From an uncultured delta proteobacterium (GTDB taxonomy: Bacteria; Myxococcota; UBA727; VGSZ01), in NCBI GenBank assembly GCA_963775425.1, contig CAVZJB010000016.1, forward strand, positions 1,120,001 to 1,184,000: a stretch of 64,000 nt of DNA, written 5' to 3'. Every line of letters starts with the position of its first letter. The stretch's first letter is position 1. Below the pieces are notes generated by a model that ran no database searches, was not told the origin of the DNA, and saw only the letters and a program-made list of their open reading frames with translations. The position numbers and the translations under genes were made by a program. Of this stretch, positions 60,846 through 64,000 are shown piece by piece.

Positions 60846-62385
60846 ATGTCCGCCGAGCTCGCCATCGTCGGCCTCTTCGCCGTCGCGACCACCGTCGCGG
60901 TGCTGGCCCGACGTCTGCGCGTGCCCTACACCGTCGCACTCGTCCTCGCCGGCGTCGTCCTGGGCGGAAACGGCGTCCTCACGCCGCCGCACCTCACCAA
61001 GGAGCTGCTGTTCGCGGTGTTCCTGCCCGGGCTCATCTTCGAGGCCGCCTTCGCCATCGACGCCCGCGACCTCTTCCGCAACAAGCTCGCCGTCTCCTCC
61101 CTCGCCTTCCCCGGCGTCGTGGTCGCCACCGTCGCCACCGCCGCGGCCATCGTCGGCCTGGAGGGCGTCGGCAGCGGCTTTCCCTGGGGCCTCGCCTTCC
61201 TCTTCGCCGCCCTCGTGTCGGCCACCGACCCCATCGCCGTGATCTCCGTGTTCAAGGCGGTGGGCGCCCCGCACCGCCTGCGCCTGCTGGTGGAGGGAGA
61301 GAGCCTGCTCAACGACGGCACGGGCATCGTGCTGTTCGGCATCGTGCTCGAGGCCATCACCTCGGGGCACGTCTCCTTCGCCGGCGCCACCGTCGACTTC
61401 TTCCGCATCGTCGGCACCGGCGTCGCCGTCGGCCTCGGCGTCGGCCTCGCCATCTCCGAGGTCATCAAGCGCATCGACGACCCGATGCTCGAGACCACGC
61501 TCACCACGGTGGCGGCGTACGGATCGTTCCTCGTGGCGGAGCACTTCGAGGGCTCCGGCGTCATCGCCACCGTCGTCGCGGGCCTGTTTTGCGGCAACTA
61601 CGCGGCGCGCTCGGGGATGAGTGCGCCGACGCGCCTCGTCGTCGCGACCTTCTGGGAGTACACGGCGTTCGCCCTCAACTCCATCGTCTTCCTGCTCATC
61701 GGCTTCTCCGTGAGCTTCCACGCGCTGCTCGACGCGTGGCTGCCCATCGTGCTCGCGTTCGTCGCCATGACGTGCGGTCGGGCGCTCGTCGTCGTCGCCG
61801 TCACCATGGCGCTCAAGCGCACCCGCGAGGCCGTCCCGGCCAAGTGGGCCGCGGTGCTCACGTGGGGCGGCATGCGCGGCGGCCTCTCCATGGTGCTCGC
61901 GCTGGCGCTGCCGGACGAGGTCCCGCAGCGGGAGATGATCGTCGTCGTCACGTTCGGCGTGGTGCTGCTGTCCATCCTCCTTCAGGGCTCCACCATGGCG
62001 CTCCTGCTCAAGCGCCTGGGCCTCGCCCACGCGGCCACGGAGGAGGTCCGCGAGATTCGAGAAGCTGCGCGCGGCGTCGCGCGCGGCCCACGCCGCCATC
62101 GACGAGATCCACGCCGCGGTGTCGCGACGCGAGATCCTCCCCGCGTCCGGCGACGAAGCCAAGCGCCCGTACCTCGAGCGGCTGCACGACGCCGAGGAGA
62201 AGATCGAGGAGCTCGGCGCCGATCGCGTCCTCGAGGTCGAGCGCGCGGAGGCGGAGCGCATCGCCATCTTCGCCGAGCGCGCCGCCCTGCTCGACGCCGC
62301 CCGCGCCGGCACGCTCAGCGAGGAGGCGCTGCGGGAGCTGTCCGCCGACGTCGACGAACGGCTCATGCGCCTGCGCGAGAAATAG
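60846..62385 (+). CDS. CPA1 Na+/H+ antiporter (+1 frameshift at 62054-62058)
   Basis: FLPGLIFEAA, SATDPIAV, EGESLLNDG and WGGMRG motifs. Removing one T gives EEVREIEKLRAA..., joining ORF 62119..62385. Confidence 0.9.
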
Positions 62386-62461
62386 CCTCAAAGGGGTACA
62401 TTCGCGACGTCGGCTTCGTCGATGACCCGGCGGGGCTTGACGTCGGCTGCGTCGACGCCCC

Positions 62462-62547
62462 GGAGGGCGGGGGCTTGTCCCCCGCGTCGGAGAGGCCAGG
62501 CGGACGTAGCCGGTGCGTCCGACGCGCCCCACAAGGGGGCGCCCTAC
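62462..62547. repeat. Inverted pair of 30-nt REP-like palindromes (REPIN-like)
   Basis: 62462-62491 (+) GGAGGGCG-GGGG-CTTGT-CCCC-CGCGTCGGA versus 62518-62547 (-) GTAGGGCG-CCCC-CTTGT-GGGG-CGCGTCGGA. Confidence 0.7.
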
Positions 62548-62666
62548 TCCTCGATGCCGTGCGTGCCGTGTCGACGCCGAAGGCGCGCGGCGCAGACATT
62601 CGCGGCGGGCACGACGTCGTCGTCGGCCAACGCTGTCCCGCCGAGAGTGTCGTCACGCCGCTGAGC

Positions 62667-63623
62667 TCAGCGCAAGAACAGCACGTACGCGAGCAGGTAC
62701 GCCGCGATGAGGACGGCGCCGGTCATCTTGTCGTGCCGTCCGCGCACGGCGATCAGCGCCACGAGCATCATGGCGGCGAGCGCGATGACGGCGCCGCGCA
62801 CCGCCAGCTCCTCGTCGACGGCGGTGGGGAACAACATCGGCCCGATGCCCACGGAGAGCGACGCGTCGATCAGGCACGAGCCGACGAGGTCGCCGACGGC
62901 GAGCTGGCGCTGGCCGCGGCGAACGGCGGTGATCTCCACTGCGAGCTCCGGCAGGGACGTGCCCACCGACGCGCCGAAGAAGCTCAGGACGTACTCGGGG
63001 ATCCCGGCCCACGCAGCCACCGACGACACCGCGTTGACGAGGACCGAGGCCGCCGCCCCCACGGCCGCGAGCGCGAGCAGGGCCGCCATCGCGTGGAAGA
63101 GCACCGGCCGGTGCTTGTCGTGCGTCGGGGCGCCCTGCTCGTCGTCGTTGTGGCCGCGGCGCTGGAGGCGCCAGGCCATGAGCGTGGCGGCGACCCAGAT
63201 GCCGACGAGGACCGCGCCGTCGGTGTGCGAGACGAAGCCGTCGGAGAACAGCCACAGCCCCGCGAGCAGCGCCGCCGCGGTCAACGCCGTCGTCAAGAGC
63301 GCGTCGCGCTTGTGAAGCGGCAGCGCCTTGTTGGCGATGAACGGGAACAGCCCGAGGATCAGCGCGCCCTGCGTGAACACGGAGCCGATGGAGTCGCCGA
63401 CGTTGATGTCGCCGTGCCCGAGGCGCGACGAGATCACCGAGTTCACGATCTCCGGCATGTCGGTGCCGAGCGCGACCAGCGTGATGCCGACGATGAACGG
63501 CGGCAGGTGCAGCCCCTCGGCGACGATCACCGCGTGCCGCACCGCGAACCGGCTCGCCAGGAGCATCGCCACCGCGGCGACGACGCCGAGGGCGATGAAG
63601 GCCAGGGCCGGCAGCTCGCTCAT
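62667..63623 (-). CDS. Sodium/calcium exchanger (CaCA) family protein
   Basis: Alpha repeats ALGTDMPE...GDSIGS and SVGTSLPEL...GDLVGS; ATG 63623. Confidence 0.9.
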   Translation of the reverse strand: MSELPALAFIALGVVAAVAMLLASRFAVRHAVIVAEGLHLPPFIVGITLVALGTDMPEIVNSVISSRLGHGDINVGDSIGSVFTQGALILGLFPFIANKALPLHKRDALLTTALTAAALLAGLWLFSDGFVSHTDGAVLVGIWVAATLMAWRLQRRGHNDDEQGAPTHDKHRPVLFHAMAALLALAAVGAAASVLVNAVSSVAAWAGIPEYVLSFFGASVGTSLPELAVEITAVRRGQRQLAVGDLVGSCLIDASLSVGIGPMLFPTAVDEELAVRGAVIALAAMMLVALIAVRGRHDKMTGAVLIAAYLLAYVLFLR

Positions 63624-63757
63624 CGCGCTCGCGCATTGCACCGCGCGGGCCAAAAGCGCTCAGGCAGCGCGCGATTCGCACGCGCTCCGCGGGCGCGCCT
63701 CGCCTGCCCACGGGCGCGAGCGCGCCCGCTCGGGGGCGCGAGATCACACACGTCGCC

Positions 63758-64000
63758 TCAGCCCCCGACGGGGATGCAGGAGCACAGGCTCGGCTGGCAG
63801 AGCTCGCCCGCGGGGCAGCCGCCGCAGTCGGGGCTGCCGGTGGCGTCTTCATGGCAGACGCACGAGCACGTCGACGGATCGAGGACGCGGGTGGCGCCGC
63901 AGGCCTGACCGGTGTCGCAGACGCACTGGCAGCTCGCGTCGTCGAAGACGAAGCCGGCGGCGCAGGTGGCGGTCTGCTGACATGTGCAGGCGCACGCTGC
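63758..64000 (-). CDS. 3' end of a second CglD-like Cys-rich protein (partial; missing from the ORF track)
   Basis: Translates as AACACTCQQTATCAAGFVFDDASCQCVCD...CQPSLCSCIPVGG*, colinear with the C-terminus of 56353..60711. Confidence 0.85.
   Translation of the reverse strand, partial: AACACTCQQTATCAAGFVFDDASCQCVCDTGQACGATRVLDPSTCSCVCHEDATGSPDCGGCPAGELCQPSLCSCIPVGG

Noticed and set aside
56470-61242. Very long antisense and alternate-frame ORFs (e.g. 56470..61242 +, 28850..33214 -, 12263..15709 -, 19136..22441 +)
   Set aside because: Shadow ORFs caused by high GC and stop-codon scarcity opposite genes with clear motifs. The Cys/Gly-rich 19136 ORF is simply the antisense of the Pro/Ala linker.
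60714-63908. 1064-aa antiporter with a long C-terminal extension
   Set aside because: The extension is read-through caused by the insertion at 62054-62058; the repaired gene stops at 62385.

Overview
A 64-kb window of a very GC-rich (roughly 70-75% by eye) bacterial chromosome, most likely Myxococcota / deltaproteobacterial. Support: several Ser/Thr kinases, an FHA-sigma54 activator, PEGA proteins, a pilA-pilG-pilH-pilI cassette and CglD-like gliding lipoproteins. About 50 protein genes can be called, including sfsA, plsX, namZ, nadD, a ClpA/C ATPase, ettA, astA, smpB and panB. I found no rRNA, tRNA, tmRNA, CRISPR array or transposase. The most striking signal is that six unrelated genes are each broken by a +1 frameshift, and each is repaired by removing one base from GAATC/GATTC to restore GATC. 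This points to a DNA modification at GATC that confuses base-calling, or less likely to a site-specific mutational process. Other notable items: apparent leaderless genes with TANNNT 6-8 nt before the start codon, (Gly-Glu)n tracts in three Cys-rich lipoproteins, tandem pilins each with a sigma54-like promoter, a histone-H1-like/Imm51 fusion, an operon of apparently degenerate enzymes, a pan-motif-like hairpin before panB, two CglD-like paralogues ending in -GG, and a REP doublet with compensatory stem swaps. All family calls come from reading motifs, not from database searches.
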